DNA of 64,000 bases from Acidobacteriota bacterium (GCA_963664705.1 OY761556.1:3424001-3488000); one strand, 5' to 3'. Positions 49,973-60,870 are shown, counted from the stretch's first letter. The notes: a model not told the origin generated them from the letters alone. Program-made: numbers and translations.

Positions 49973-52738
49973 TTACAATTCAATCTCGGCGCGAACAACA
50001 CCATCTTCGGCAACGTAGTGGCGACGGAACCCCAGCTTGTCGCAGATTCTCAACATATCCCGGTTTTCAGGCAGGATATCCCCGAATATGCGTGTCACCT
50101 TCTCTTCACGCCCGATGTCGACCAGCCGCTTCAGCAATTCAATGCCAAGCCCTCGATGATGCCAGTTGTCGCTGACGAGAACTGCGAACTCACCTTCTTT
50201 CGTGCCATGCACCTTGATGAGCCGGCCTACGGCAAGAACTTCCTGATCGCCTGTAATCTCATCTCTCCGCAGAACGACCAGCGCGATCTCGCGCTCATAA
50301 TCGATGAAACATATTCGCGTGAGGCGTTCGTGGGCAATTCGCTGGGTCAGCCGCATGGCGTGGAAATAGCGAAAATACACACTTCGCTCCGACAGCGTTT
50401 CATGGAATCGAACCATGAGCGGTTCATCTTCAGGCCGGATAGGCCGAATCGTGACAGGCGTGCCATCCTGCATCGTCCAGGAATCCACATACTGTGTCGG
50501 ATACGGGCGAATCGCCAGTTGCGGTATCGATTCCGGATCCACATCAGCCCCGTGCACGATGATGCGCGCATCCAAAGCCAGAATCCGCTCCGTCGATACC
50601 AATAGCGGGTTCACATCGATTTCCTTTATCCACCGCTGGTCCACGACCAGCAGGCTGAACTGCACCAGCAGCTGCTCCAAGGCGGTAAAATTGATATCGG
50701 ACCGGCTGCTTTTCAGCGCCGCGTAAATTCGGGTCTGCTCCATCATTCGGCGGGCAAGCGTCACGTTAAGCGGTGGCAGCGCGAGAGCGCGGTCTCTGTA
50801 AATATCCAGGAGGCGTCCGCCGGCTCCGAACAGCAACACCGGGCCGAATTGAGGATCTATCGTACTGCCCACTATAATCTCAAAGCCATCCGATTGGATC
50901 ATCGGCTGGATGGTAACGCCCTGGAAATGCTCCGATCCAAAGCTGTCCGCCACTCTGTCCCGGATCTTCCGGTACGCCTTCTGCACCGCCGATGCATCCG
51001 CCAAATTCAGCCGAACACCGCCCGCTTGCGCCTTGTGGGCAATCGTATGCGAAGCCAGCTTGACTACCACGGGATATCCAATCGCAGCCGCTTCCCTGAT
51101 CGCCTCTTCCTCGCTGAATGCGATCCGTGTCTCAACCACCGGAATTCCATAGGCACTCAGGATCTTCTTGGAATCAAATTCATTCAGGAGCGTTCGTCCA
51201 GCGCCGCGCGCACGGAGTATGAGTTCTCCGGCTGATATGCGGCCTCGCCCAAAATCCGCGGCTTCCGATAAGATGGGGGTTTCGTACAACCCGCGCAGGT
51301 TATAGGTGTAGCGCCACATGTAATTAAACGCGCGCACCGCGGTATCGGGATAAGGGAATGTCGGAATATTGCTCCGGTTTAAAATCGTTTCACCCGTCGC
51401 CACATCCGCTCCCCCCATCCAACTCGCCAGGATCGGCTTCCCGTCGAGTTTGGCCAACGGCCTTAGCTGTTCAGCGGTCCGCGTCGAGTCGGTATTGGCC
51501 TGCGGAGTAAGGACAACCAGGACTCCATCCGTATTCGGATCCTTGGCCGCCACCTCTACCGTGCTGACGTATCGCTCGGGCGAAGCATCTCCGAGAATGT
51601 CGATGGGATTGTTGTGACTCCAGTGGGGCGGAAGGAATTCATTCAGCCTATCCATGGATTCCGGAGCCAGGCTCGCCAGTTCACCCCCACTGCCGATAAG
51701 CGCGTCCGTCGCCAGCACGCCGAGTCCGCCGGCATTGGTTATGATGGCGAGTCTCGGCCCCTTTGGCCGCGGCTGTTTGGCCAGCACTTCAGCCATATCG
51801 AAGAGATCGGAAATATTGTTGACGCGCAGTACGCCGCCGCGCCGGAATGCCGCTTCCCACACATCATCCGAGCCGGTCAACGAACCCGTATGCGACGATG
51901 CCGCTTTCCCGGCTGCCTCTGTGCGTCCAGCCTTTATCACAATAATCGGCTTCGTAAGCGCCACTTCACGGGCCGCGGATAAAAAGGAGCGGGCATCACT
52001 GACCGATTCCATATACATTACGATGCTTCGAGTTCGCTGATCGTCTCCGAGGTAATCAATAAGATCGCCCCAGCCCACATCCACCATGGACCCAATCGAA
52101 ATGAAGCAACTGAACCCGACCATTTCCCGAAGACTCCAGTCCAGCACGGCCGTACATAGGGCACCGCTTTGACTGATAAAGGCAACGTTTCCCGGTCGCG
52201 CCATTCCTACGGCAAAGGTCGCATTCAATCCGGTCATAGGACTCATGACGCCGAGGCAGTTCGGCCCGATAATGCGCAAAGGCCCACGGCTGGCATTGGC
52301 CCGGATCTGCTCCTCCAATTTCAGCCCTTTCTCGCCGATTTCCTTGAATCCGGCAGACAGTATGATCGCGCCCCGAACTCCGGCATCCACGCATTCCGAA
52401 ATCAGTCCCGGAACCGTATCGGGAGGTGTCGCCAGCACAGCCAAATCCACCTTCTCCGGAACTGCAGCAACGCTCGGATAAGCCTTGATGCCGAGAACAC
52501 TCGAGCGCTTTGGATTCACCGGGAATACAGTTCCACCAAAGGGATTGGTGAACAGGTTCCACAACACGGTGCGGCCGAGGCTTCCAGCTGTCTCCGTCGC
52601 ACCAATAACCGCAACGGTTTTGGGTGAGAAAAACACGCTGAGCGGCTGATTGGAACGGCGCAGAATATTGTCCGCCGTACCGAGACGAACCGGTTCGGAT
52701 TGCGAGCTGCCAGATTTGGTATCCTGATTTGAAATCAT
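49973..52738 (-). CDS. acetate/acyl-CoA ligase (ADP-forming)-GNAT acetyltransferase fusion
   Basis: CoA-binding [33 protein letters not shown]-grasp GYPVVVK and DPQFGP, C-terminal GNAT RGLG. Confidence 0.92.
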   Translation of the reverse strand: MISNQDTKSGSSQSEPVRLGTADNILRRSNQPLSVFFSPKTVAVIGATETAGSLGRTVLWNLFTNPFGGTVFPVNPKRSSVLGIKAYPSVAAVPEKVDLAVLATPPDTVPGLISECVDAGVRGAIILSAGFKEIGEKGLKLEEQIRANASRGPLRIIGPNCLGVMSPMTGLNATFAVGMARPGNVAFISQSGALCTAVLDWSLREMVGFSCFISIGSMVDVGWGDLIDYLGDDQRTRSIVMYMESVSDARSFLSAAREVALTKPIIVIKAGRTEAAGKAASSHTGSLTGSDDVWEAAFRRGGVLRVNNISDLFDMAEVLAKQPRPKGPRLAIITNAGGLGVLATDALIGSGGELASLAPESMDRLNEFLPPHWSHNNPIDILGDASPERYVSTVEVAAKDPNTDGVLVVLTPQANTDSTRTAEQLRPLAKLDGKPILASWMGGADVATGETILNRSNIPTFPYPDTAVRAFNYMWRYTYNLRGLYETPILSEAADFGRGRISAGELILRARGAGRTLLNEFDSKKILSAYGIPVVETRIAFSEEEAIREAAAIGYPVVVKLASHTIAHKAQAGGVRLNLADASAVQKAYRKIRDRVADSFGSEHFQGVTIQPMIQSDGFEIIVGSTIDPQFGPVLLFGAGGRLLDIYRDRALALPPLNVTLARRMMEQTRIYAALKSSRSDINFTALEQLLVQFSLLVVDQRWIKEIDVNPLLVSTERILALDARIIVHGADVDPESIPQLAIRPYPTQYVDSWTMQDGTPVTIRPIRPEDEPLMVRFHETLSERSVYFRYFHAMRLTQRIAHERLTRICFIDYEREIALVVLRRDEITGDQEVLAVGRLIKVHGTKEGEFAVLVSDNWHHRGLGIELLKRLVDIGREEKVTRIFGDILPENRDMLRICDKLGFRRHYVAEDGVVRAEIEL

Positions 52739-53053
52739 TCCAATCCCATTAGGTCCGATTTTATCTCAAAACCCAATCAGCTGCGTGATGCTAAATCGGA
52801 ACGACGCCAGAATTGTTAAGGGGTATGAAAGCAACTGTGAAACGACATTTTATTACCAAACGGTCCTTTAGGCAAATGCTGGAAATCCGCCGGATGCCAA
52901 TCTGCTGAATCCGGCCGCCGGCTTTGAAAGAATTTTTGAAGCTTCCCCCTTTAGAGTTACAATATCAAAAAATCTTGAGACTGGAACGGGATCCATCCAT
53001 CTAAGGATTTAGAAAAACCTGCATACGGACCAGGTAAACGCAAAGGAATATTT

Positions 53054-53863
53054 ATGATCGCCAAGAGACTCGTCCTTGCTTTGCTTTCGGTTGTTCTGCT
53101 GACATCAGTCTCCCACCCGCAGTCCGGGTCACCGCAATCTCCGGAACCGTCAATCAAGGAAACCGATTTCGAGATGGTTGTTCCTGAGGGAACCGTGATT
53201 CCCATCATTCTGACCGCTTATCTGAATACAAAGAGCAGCCAGGTTGGAGATACCCTTTATGCCGATACAACCTATCCTATCTGGATCCAGCAGCGCCTGG
53301 TAATTCCAAGGGGCTCGATCATCCGCGGCACCGTCACCGATGTCATCAGGCCCGGAAAAATCAAAGGGAAAGGGCGACTTGCCATCCGCATCGACGACGT
53401 TCTGCTGCCGAATGGCGTTCGACGTGAGCTGGTGGCCAGTTTCAAAGGACTTCATGGCCCGGGGGATGAAAGCCTGGACCGCAAGTCTGAAACCGTTGCG
53501 GCCGGGGCTTCCAAAGGAGAAGATGCGGGGACGGTGGTTGGCACCTCCAGTACCGGTGCGATCATCGGCGCGGCAGCCGCACGAGGCACAGGGGCGGCCA
53601 TAGGTGCCGGAGCCGGTGCAGCGGCGGGACTGGCGACCATCCTTTTCACCCGGGGACGCGACCTGGTGCTGGAACCCGGAACCCAATTTGATCTTGAGCT
53701 GAAAAAGCCGCTCAAATTTGCCTTTAATGAGCTTGATTTCACATCATCCCAGCTTAACAATGCACAGAGGGAACCGCGGACAAGATCGGTAACCCCCAAT
53801 TACCGAGGCACCACGCGACGAACCCTGCCATTCCCTGGAATTGGGTGGCCATTGACCTTTTAG
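53054..53863 (+). CDS. secreted TrbI/VirB10-like beta-barrel protein with a glycine-rich helical hairpin
   Basis: Signal peptide; VPEGTVI, VIPRGSIIRG, GAIIGAAA...GAGAGAAAG and LEPGTQF. Confidence 0.7.
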   Translation: MIAKRLVLALLSVVLLTSVSHPQSGSPQSPEPSIKETDFEMVVPEGTVIPIILTAYLNTKSSQVGDTLYADTTYPIWIQQRLVIPRGSIIRGTVTDVIRPGKIKGKGRLAIRIDDVLLPNGVRRELVASFKGLHGPGDESLDRKSETVAAGASKGEDAGTVVGTSSTGAIIGAAAARGTGAAIGAGAGAAAGLATILFTRGRDLVLEPGTQFDLELKKPLKFAFNELDFTSSQLNNAQREPRTRSVTPNYRGTTRRTLPFPGIGWPLTF

Positions 53864-53999
53864 CCCACGATATTGACGGGTACAGAATGAATTCAACCTC
53901 TCAAAATGGGTGATTATTCCTGTAATTCGTGGCATGCTGTATAGCTTAAGGTCGAATTACAGGTTGAATCTATAGTTTACCTCGGTAAGAATAACGCCC

Positions 54000-56831
54000 A
54001 TGGATGCTGCTATCATCGGTCTAATCGCTCAAGAAACTTCCATACCGGAAAGTTCTGTCGCCGTCACAATATCTCTTTTTGAAAAAGGGGCCACCGGTCC
54101 TTTCGTCGTCCACTATCGGAAAGAAGCAACCGGTGGGCTGGACGAGGCAAAGGTCCGATCAATCCAGGAACGCATGGCCTATTACCGCGAAGTGTACGAC
54201 CAGCGCGCTGCACTTCTCAAATCCTTGTCGGAACAAGGCAAACTAACCGACGAGCTGCGGGCCAAGATTGAAGGCTGCTTTACCAAAGCCGAACTGGACG
54301 ATCTGCACCACCAGTTCCGGCCGCGCAAAAAAACGCGCGCCGCCGAGGCTCTGGAAAAAGGCCTGGAACCGCTCGCTGAATACTTCTGGAATCAAGAGGC
54401 TGACGCCTGGGGCGTTGATGAACATATCAACGTTTTCGTGGACCCGGCCAAGGGAGTTGCCACGCGCGAACAGGCACTTCAGGGTGTCGTCGACATCATT
54501 GCGGAGTGGGTCTGGGCAAATTCGGGCTACCGCAAGGCTCTACGCGAAATGCTGTGGAATGAGGGCCAGGTAGTTTCCAATGTCGTGCCGGCGAAAGTGG
54601 GCCAGAAGACAAAATACAACATGTATTACGAACGGAAGGAATCCGTCACATCGATTCCCTCCCACCGTGTACTGGCGATACGCCGCGGCTGCAAAGAAGG
54701 GATTCTTATCTCTTCTATTGAAGGGGACACGACCAAACCCATCGAATTCCTGCTGAATACCGTCCTTAAGGACAAGGAATCGGTTTTTGCGCCAATTCTG
54801 GAAGCCGCGGTACGGGAAAGCTATAACCGTATCCTGCGGTCCTTGATCGAAACGGAAGTGCGGACGCAACTCAAGGAGCGCGCGGATAGAGAAGCGATCC
54901 GGGTGTTCCAGGAAAACCTCGCAAACCTGCTTCTCTCGCCGCCTGCCGGGCCTATCATCGTGATGGGAGTCGATTGGGGAAAAGGCGATGAATGCAGCAT
55001 CGCGGTTGTCAATGAAGCGGGAGCCTACCTCGAAGGCGCTAAAGTGCGTTTTACCCCCGCCGCCAAACCTGCGGCCAGGCCGGAGAAGAAGTCGGCTGAA
55101 CCGGCGGTAGTGGAATCACCCGCGCCAGCCCCGTCCGAAGATGTCCCGGAAAGCCAGGCCAGCGTTGAAGCCCCTGCGGCCGAATCGGCGGTGGAGGTTC
55201 CTGGAACAGAAACGGCACCACCGGAAACCGCTGTCGAAAATACCCCGGCATCGGAGCCTGCGGAAAGTGCCGCTGTAATGGAAACAGCGCCAGTCGAGCC
55301 TTTGATTGTGGAAATATCCGCGCCCGCAAGTGAAGCGCCCGTTGAAGCTACACCCGAGCCGGAAGCCGTGCCCGAGCCTGCCGCCACTACCGCAGAGGAA
55401 AACACCCCTGCTTCGGTTATGGCCGAGGCAAGCCGAATTATTCGAGACCTGATCAGGAAATACAACGTACAGGCCATATCCATTGGTACCGGTACCGGCG
55501 CGAGGGAACTCGAAACGGCAATGCACCAGATTGTCTCGGAAGAAAATCTGGGTGATATTTTGATAGCCGCGGTAAACGACGCTGGCATCGCTATCTACTC
55601 TTCTTCCAGAATTGCCCGAGAGGAATTCCCTGACTGGAGCGCCTCCGCGCGTTGTGCCGTAAGCCTGGCTCGGCGTCTGCAAGACCCGCTTGCGGAATTG
55701 GTAAAGATCGATCCCAAGCTGATCGGCGTTGGACAGTACCAGCATGATGTCGATCAGAAAGAGCTTCACCGCGGCCTGCTGCAAACCGTTCAATACTGCG
55801 TGAACAAGGTGGGAGCCAACGTCAATACAGCTGGCGAATCGCTGTTGCGCTACATCTCCGGTCTCAATGAAAAACTCGCCCGACGGATAGTCGCATACAG
55901 AACGGCTCAGGGACCATTCCGGTCGCGCGCCGCAATCATGTCCGCCGTCGGAATGGATGAAGCAACCTACACCCAAGCCGCGGGCTTCCTCCGTATTACC
56001 GACGGAGAGAATGCGCTGGATCGCACAGCCGTGCATCCGGAGGCATACCCGATCGTTGAGAAGATGGCCGCAACAGTAAGCGTGGCTGTCTCGGAGCTGG
56101 TCGGAAATAGAGAGCTGATTTCCTCTCTGAAGCTGGACGAATACGCGACCGAAACCGTCGGAATGCCGACTCTCCACGATATAAAGGAAGAGCTGCTGCG
56201 TCCCGGACGCGATCCCAGAAAGAGCTTCAAAATCCCCAAATTCAGGGCGGATGTCAAGGAGATGTCCGATCTGCAGCCGGGAATGGCGCTGGAAGGAACG
56301 GTTACCAACGTCACCAATTTCGGCGCTTTCGTCGATATCGGCGTTCGCCAGGACGGTCTCGTGCACCTCAGCCAGATGTCCAACCGTTTCATCAGGGATC
56401 CACGCGAAGCGGTTAAGGTTGGCGATGTCGTCCAAGTCAAAGTCATCTCTGTTGAGCCGGAAACCAAGCGCATCGGGTTATCGATGAAGGCATTGCTCCC
56501 CGCCATCCAGAGGAGACGCAAGAAGCAGCAGCGGCGGCCGCAAAGGCCCGCCGCACCCGTTCGAACCAAAGAAGCGGCTCCGGCGTCAACCGCTGGCGCG
56601 GAAGCAGTCCCCGCTCCACCTGCTGCAGAAAGAAGACCATCTCCTGCCCCTCGTCAAAAACCACCCAGGAGACGTCCTGAAGGGCAGCCTCGTCAGCGTG
56701 ACAAGGAAACTCGAAAGCCGGAAAAAATCCAGGAACAGGAGAAACCGGAGGAAACCGGACCGAAGGCCCCAGAGCCTTCTCTCCAGGAAAAGATCGCGAT
56801 TCTACAGTCGAAGTTTCGCGGTATCAATTAG
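54000..56831 (+). CDS. tex: Tex-family RNA-binding transcriptional accessory protein
   Basis: YRKEATGGLDE, PSHRVLA, ARRLQDPLAELVKIDPK, GVGQYQHDV and S1 motif FGAFVDIG. Confidence 0.92.
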   Translation: MDAAIIGLIAQETSIPESSVAVTISLFEKGATGPFVVHYRKEATGGLDEAKVRSIQERMAYYREVYDQRAALLKSLSEQGKLTDELRAKIEGCFTKAELDDLHHQFRPRKKTRAAEALEKGLEPLAEYFWNQEADAWGVDEHINVFVDPAKGVATREQALQGVVDIIAEWVWANSGYRKALREMLWNEGQVVSNVVPAKVGQKTKYNMYYERKESVTSIPSHRVLAIRRGCKEGILISSIEGDTTKPIEFLLNTVLKDKESVFAPILEAAVRESYNRILRSLIETEVRTQLKERADREAIRVFQENLANLLLSPPAGPIIVMGVDWGKGDECSIAVVNEAGAYLEGAKVRFTPAAKPAARPEKKSAEPAVVESPAPAPSEDVPESQASVEAPAAESAVEVPGTETAPPETAVENTPASEPAESAAVMETAPVEPLIVEISAPASEAPVEATPEPEAVPEPAATTAEENTPASVMAEASRIIRDLIRKYNVQAISIGTGTGARELETAMHQIVSEENLGDILIAAVNDAGIAIYSSSRIAREEFPDWSASARCAVSLARRLQDPLAELVKIDPKLIGVGQYQHDVDQKELHRGLLQTVQYCVNKVGANVNTAGESLLRYISGLNEKLARRIVAYRTAQGPFRSRAAIMSAVGMDEATYTQAAGFLRITDGENALDRTAVHPEAYPIVEKMAATVSVAVSELVGNRELISSLKLDEYATETVGMPTLHDIKEELLRPGRDPRKSFKIPKFRADVKEMSDLQPGMALEGTVTNVTNFGAFVDIGVRQDGLVHLSQMSNRFIRDPREAVKVGDVVQVKVISVEPETKRIGLSMKALLPAIQRRRKKQQRRPQRPAAPVRTKEAAPASTAGAEAVPAPPAAERRPSPAPRQKPPRRRPEGQPRQRDKETRKPEKIQEQEKPEETGPKAPEPSLQEKIAILQSKFRGIN

Positions 56832-56947
56832 CGCTTGGGGTGTTTGGGGGTAGAGCGCGGCCTGTTATATACTAGTCGTTTAGTTTTGTAGCAATTATTC
56901 GGTTGTCGTTTTATTAGCGATCCGTTGCATTTGGGGAGCAGGCACGC

Positions 56948-57640
56948 ATGCGCGAGAGTGAATACTTTGACGTTCTCTGTAACACTGCGGACGGCGTTTA
57001 CATTGTTGATGCCAATAAGCATATCGTCCGGTGGAATAAAGCAGCCGAGAAACTGCTTGGATATTCGGAAAGCGATGTCTTGGATCGCGAGTGCTATCAG
57101 GTCATTGAGGGCAAGACCTCACCGGAAAAGACCCTTTGCAGCCAACACTGCAAGATCCATGCAGGCGGATTGAAAGGCTCTCCCCAGAAGAATTTTGACG
57201 TCTGTACCCGCACAAGCGAAGGCGAACCAATCTGGCTGAACATAAGCATCATATCTCCTCCTGATGCCTCAACCCCATTTCTTGCCCATATCGTCCGGGA
57301 TATCACCAAAGAGAAGAGGACGGGGATGGCTTTGGATCGATTCATGGCCGACTTGGGAAGCCACTCGCTAAGTCCGAGCATCAGTGCTGAATCGATTGCA
57401 GGCAGGGGGATGGGCGATAACGGATACACGGCATCGAATCGGCCCTCCGTCACCTTATCGAGCAGAGAAATCGAGGTACTGACCCTGCTTGCTGAGGGGC
57501 TTTCAACCAAGGGATTGGCGGAAAAGCTGGAAATCAGCCATTTCACTGCCAGAAACCACATTCAAAACATCCTTGTGAAGCTCAATTTGCACAGTAAGGC
57601 ACAGGCAGTATCGTACGCCTTCAAAAAAGGGATTCTGTAA
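56948..57640 (+). CDS. PAS + LuxR-HTH transcriptional regulator
   Basis: PAS motif WNKAAEKLLGY and LuxR motif LSSREIEVL...TARNHIQNILVKL. Confidence 0.9.
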   Translation: MRESEYFDVLCNTADGVYIVDANKHIVRWNKAAEKLLGYSESDVLDRECYQVIEGKTSPEKTLCSQHCKIHAGGLKGSPQKNFDVCTRTSEGEPIWLNISIISPPDASTPFLAHIVRDITKEKRTGMALDRFMADLGSHSLSPSISAESIAGRGMGDNGYTASNRPSVTLSSREIEVLTLLAEGLSTKGLAEKLEISHFTARNHIQNILVKLNLHSKAQAVSYAFKKGIL

Positions 57641-57657
57641 TCCTAGAGCAGGTTGTC

Positions 57658-59928
57658 ATGCAGGTTACGCCCTCGATAGGATTATTGTCCGAACTGCATA
57701 GGACTGCATCCTGGCAGCCCGATGCCTCCCGCACCCCGATTGAACATCTCGTCGAGTTTCTGCTGACCGGAACAATTGCCTCCAATGCATCCGCGGACAT
57801 ACAGGGCTATGCCGAAGAAGCCATGCATCTCGATCTTCGAGGTATCCGTGTGGCGATACTCGGAGGCGGAACGGGTCTATCCACGATTGTGGGCGGCAAT
57901 TCCCAGATGGCAGACTGGCCGGATCAGCCCTGTGTCGGGATCAAGCAGGAATTTGCGAACCTGCATATCGTTGTTTGTACGACAGACGATGGCGGCTCCA
58001 CGGGCCGGCTGCTGAAATCCCTCCCGCTGATAGGCATCGGAGATCTGCGAAAGCTCCTGCTTTCCTCAATCCAACCAGCGAATCTTCAACGGCGGTACGA
58101 TCTGCATGAGCCGGAAGCAGCAGACCTGATCCGCCTGATTCACAACCTGTTTAATTATAGATTTCCGGATGGCCACCTTGGCTCAGGATGGCTGGAAGAC
58201 CCGCTGGCTGTGGCGGCGCCGGTTCTCAGGAATGCCTGTCCTAAATCGATGACCGCCGCATTGCGGGAACTGGGCAAACACATTTCCCCTGGAGGCAAGG
58301 GCCCGACGATTGTCCCGGCGGGACACTCAATGGGAAATCTCCTCCTCGCGTCAGCGATATTCCTGAAGGCCCGCGGCCAAACAAAGCGGGCACCCGGTCT
58401 GGGCCAGATACAAGCGGGGATCGATCATGTGGCCGCCATTATTGGGACTCCGCCGGGAAGGATACATGCCGCAACAGCTGCACCCGGGCAACTGAAATTC
58501 CTTTATGCCAACGGCGTCGAAGTGTACGGTCAAAGCAAATCGGCGCGAATTCGGCGTAATTCGCCCGTGGATCGCGTGACCGCCGAATTTATCAGTGCGC
58601 CGGTTGTCAGTTCAACCGTGCAGAATGCAATCCGGCAGGCCGATCTGATTATCTACGCACCAGGCAGTCTGTATACCAGCATTATCCCGATTCTGCAGCT
58701 CGAACCGATTACTTCTGCCATCCGCGCCAACACCGGAGCACTGAAGGTGCTCGCCGCCAATTCCTGGATTCAGGAGGGAGAGACAGATATCTCACTCAAA
58801 AACCAGGGCCGCGGTTTCCTTGTCTCGGAATTAATCGAAGCTTACGACCGTAATGTACCGGATGGAATTGAAGGCCTGTTTGACGTGGTATTGAGCGCCA
58901 ACCTGGAACGCATCCCCGGGAACATTCTGCGCAATTACGCCTTGGAAGGGAAAAGCCCGATTCACATGGATCGGGCGCGTGTGGAATCGATGGGCTACCG
59001 TCCGGTGGAGGCCACTCTCTTTTCTTCGGAACATGAGAAGAAAACGCAGGTAATTCACCACGACGCGAGACGATTTATGCTCGCCGTCCGCACACTTTTA
59101 TATGCAGACCGCTGCCTTCAGAATCGCAAAGGATACTCGCTGAGGCATATCCCCAGGCGAAGGAAATCGTCCCGTGCAGGCTTGCGTGATCAATGCTCAA
59201 AGAAGCCCGCTAACCATCGAGGGATCGTCCTTTGTGATTACCTCCGATCGATTGAGAACAGCCTGGAGCGCAAGGAATTCCAGCCACCCGGCCTGCGGGA
59301 GTTTCTGATTGAACTGGCATGGGAAAATAGGGACATCCGGCCGTCCCATCTCGAATATTTCAGGGGCGCTGTCATTATTTCTGCCCATGATTGGAACCGC
59401 AACACTGAATGGGATAACGTACTTGGGTATTATGACCCGGGCGATCAATACCTGAAACTACACGCGGATCTGCTGGGCTTGCCATCGAAAATCCGGGAAG
59501 ACGTCCTGGTGGCCCTGGGAGAATCCCTGCTGGGTCGCTATCAGCATCTTGATCAACGGCGCTGGATTGACCAGCACGGGGCACGATCCTATGAAATCGT
59601 TCTCCAAAAGGCATCCGAGCGGAATTGTTTCCTGAACGACCTGCAGCTCCACACTTTTTTAAAGCTGGCCCGGATGACGCAGGATCGCGCAGATCCGTTG
59701 AAATACCGGATTACCATCAACAATAACGAGGGATTCCTCCCTCCCGGCTTATTGTTCGGCCTTCTGTATGCGTGGTACCTCTGTGGCGGCGGCCTGACCA
59801 TGGATTATGAAATGTCGCTTCTGAAATGGCCGTTGAGAAGCCTCATTCCGCTTCACGCCAAGGACCGGATACGGAAAGAAGCATTGGTCACGTTTTTTCG
59901 AACGGAGATTTTTGGACACACAAAGTAG
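57658..59928 (+). CDS. YvcK/GlmR (CofD-like) protein with a long C-terminal extension
   Basis: GGGTGLS, TTDDGGSTG, GDLR, GHSMGNL and PGSLYTSIIP motifs, followed by about 270 extra residues. Confidence 0.85.
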   Translation: MQVTPSIGLLSELHRTASWQPDASRTPIEHLVEFLLTGTIASNASADIQGYAEEAMHLDLRGIRVAILGGGTGLSTIVGGNSQMADWPDQPCVGIKQEFANLHIVVCTTDDGGSTGRLLKSLPLIGIGDLRKLLLSSIQPANLQRRYDLHEPEAADLIRLIHNLFNYRFPDGHLGSGWLEDPLAVAAPVLRNACPKSMTAALRELGKHISPGGKGPTIVPAGHSMGNLLLASAIFLKARGQTKRAPGLGQIQAGIDHVAAIIGTPPGRIHAATAAPGQLKFLYANGVEVYGQSKSARIRRNSPVDRVTAEFISAPVVSSTVQNAIRQADLIIYAPGSLYTSIIPILQLEPITSAIRANTGALKVLAANSWIQEGETDISLKNQGRGFLVSELIEAYDRNVPDGIEGLFDVVLSANLERIPGNILRNYALEGKSPIHMDRARVESMGYRPVEATLFSSEHEKKTQVIHHDARRFMLAVRTLLYADRCLQNRKGYSLRHIPRRRKSSRAGLRDQCSKKPANHRGIVLCDYLRSIENSLERKEFQPPGLREFLIELAWENRDIRPSHLEYFRGAVIISAHDWNRNTEWDNVLGYYDPGDQYLKLHADLLGLPSKIREDVLVALGESLLGRYQHLDQRRWIDQHGARSYEIVLQKASERNCFLNDLQLHTFLKLARMTQDRADPLKYRITINNNEGFLPPGLLFGLLYAWYLCGGGLTMDYEMSLLKWPLRSLIPLHAKDRIRKEALVTFFRTEIFGHTK

Positions 59929-60022
59929 CATGCAGATGAACTTGAGGCCTGTGGCGGCGCCATTGCACCGGTTCGTATGCCGACCCGCGCCAATCCCCGC
60001 AAGCCAGTAAGAAAGGTGAAAA

Positions 60023-60850
60023 ATGGAAATTCGAATCGCACATAGCCCTGATTCCGACGATGCTTTTATGTTTTATGCGTTGGCAAAGGAAAAGATTCCA
60101 AGCGGCAAGTTCCAGTTCAGCCATACACTCCAGGATATCGAGACTCTCAACCGGAAGGCCCTGAACGGCGTATACGAAATCACGGCGATCTCATTCCACG
60201 CCTACGCGTACATCGCGGACAAATATGTTCTGCTCCCCTCGGGAGCCAGCATGGGGGATCGGTACGGCCCGATGATTGTAGCCAGGGAACCGTGGGGTCA
60301 GGATCAATTGAAGGGGAAGAAGATCGCCATCCCCGGCACAATGACAACGGCCTATCTTGCGCTGAAGCTGTTTCAGCCCGATTTTGAGAGCATCGTTATC
60401 CCCTTTGACCAGATCATGGCCGCCGTTGAAGAGAAGAAGGTTGACGCAGGCTTACTGATCCACGAAGGACAGCTGACCTATGCCGAGCACCATTTGCATA
60501 AAATTGTGGATTTGGGAGAATGGTGGTACGACAAGACGCGACTGCCTCTGCCTTTGGGCGGCAACGTCATCCGAAGAGATATCGGGAAAGAAGATATCCG
60601 GGAGATATCCAGGCTGTTAAGGGAGAGCATCCAATACGCATTGGATCACAGACAGGAAGCTTTGGCCTACGCGATGCAGTTTGCCCGGGATCTGGACACA
60701 AAAACAGCCGACCGCTTTGTCGGAATGTATGTAAACGAAAGAACCCTGACCTATGGCGATGAGGGACGGCTTGCCGTTCAAACCCTTTTCGACCATGCCT
60801 TCCAGGCAAACCTGTTCCCTTCCCGCATTGTTGCTGAATTTACGGATTAG
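60023..60850 (+). CDS. mqnD: 1,4-dihydroxy-6-naphthoate synthase (futalosine pathway)
   Basis: [30 protein letters not shown] and YVNE. Confidence 0.93.
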   Translation: MEIRIAHSPDSDDAFMFYALAKEKIPSGKFQFSHTLQDIETLNRKALNGVYEITAISFHAYAYIADKYVLLPSGASMGDRYGPMIVAREPWGQDQLKGKKIAIPGTMTTAYLALKLFQPDFESIVIPFDQIMAAVEEKKVDAGLLIHEGQLTYAEHHLHKIVDLGEWWYDKTRLPLPLGGNVIRRDIGKEDIREISRLLRESIQYALDHRQEALAYAMQFARDLDTKTADRFVGMYVNERTLTYGDEGRLAVQTLFDHAFQANLFPSRIVAEFTD

Positions 60851-60870
60851 GAAAATCCGCCATTTTTGCA

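Noticed and set aside
46094-53863. Conjugative element or DNA-uptake island (comEC plus VirB10-like gene)
   Set aside because: No relaxase, VirB4 or integrase; metabolic genes lie between the two and no compositional shift is evident.
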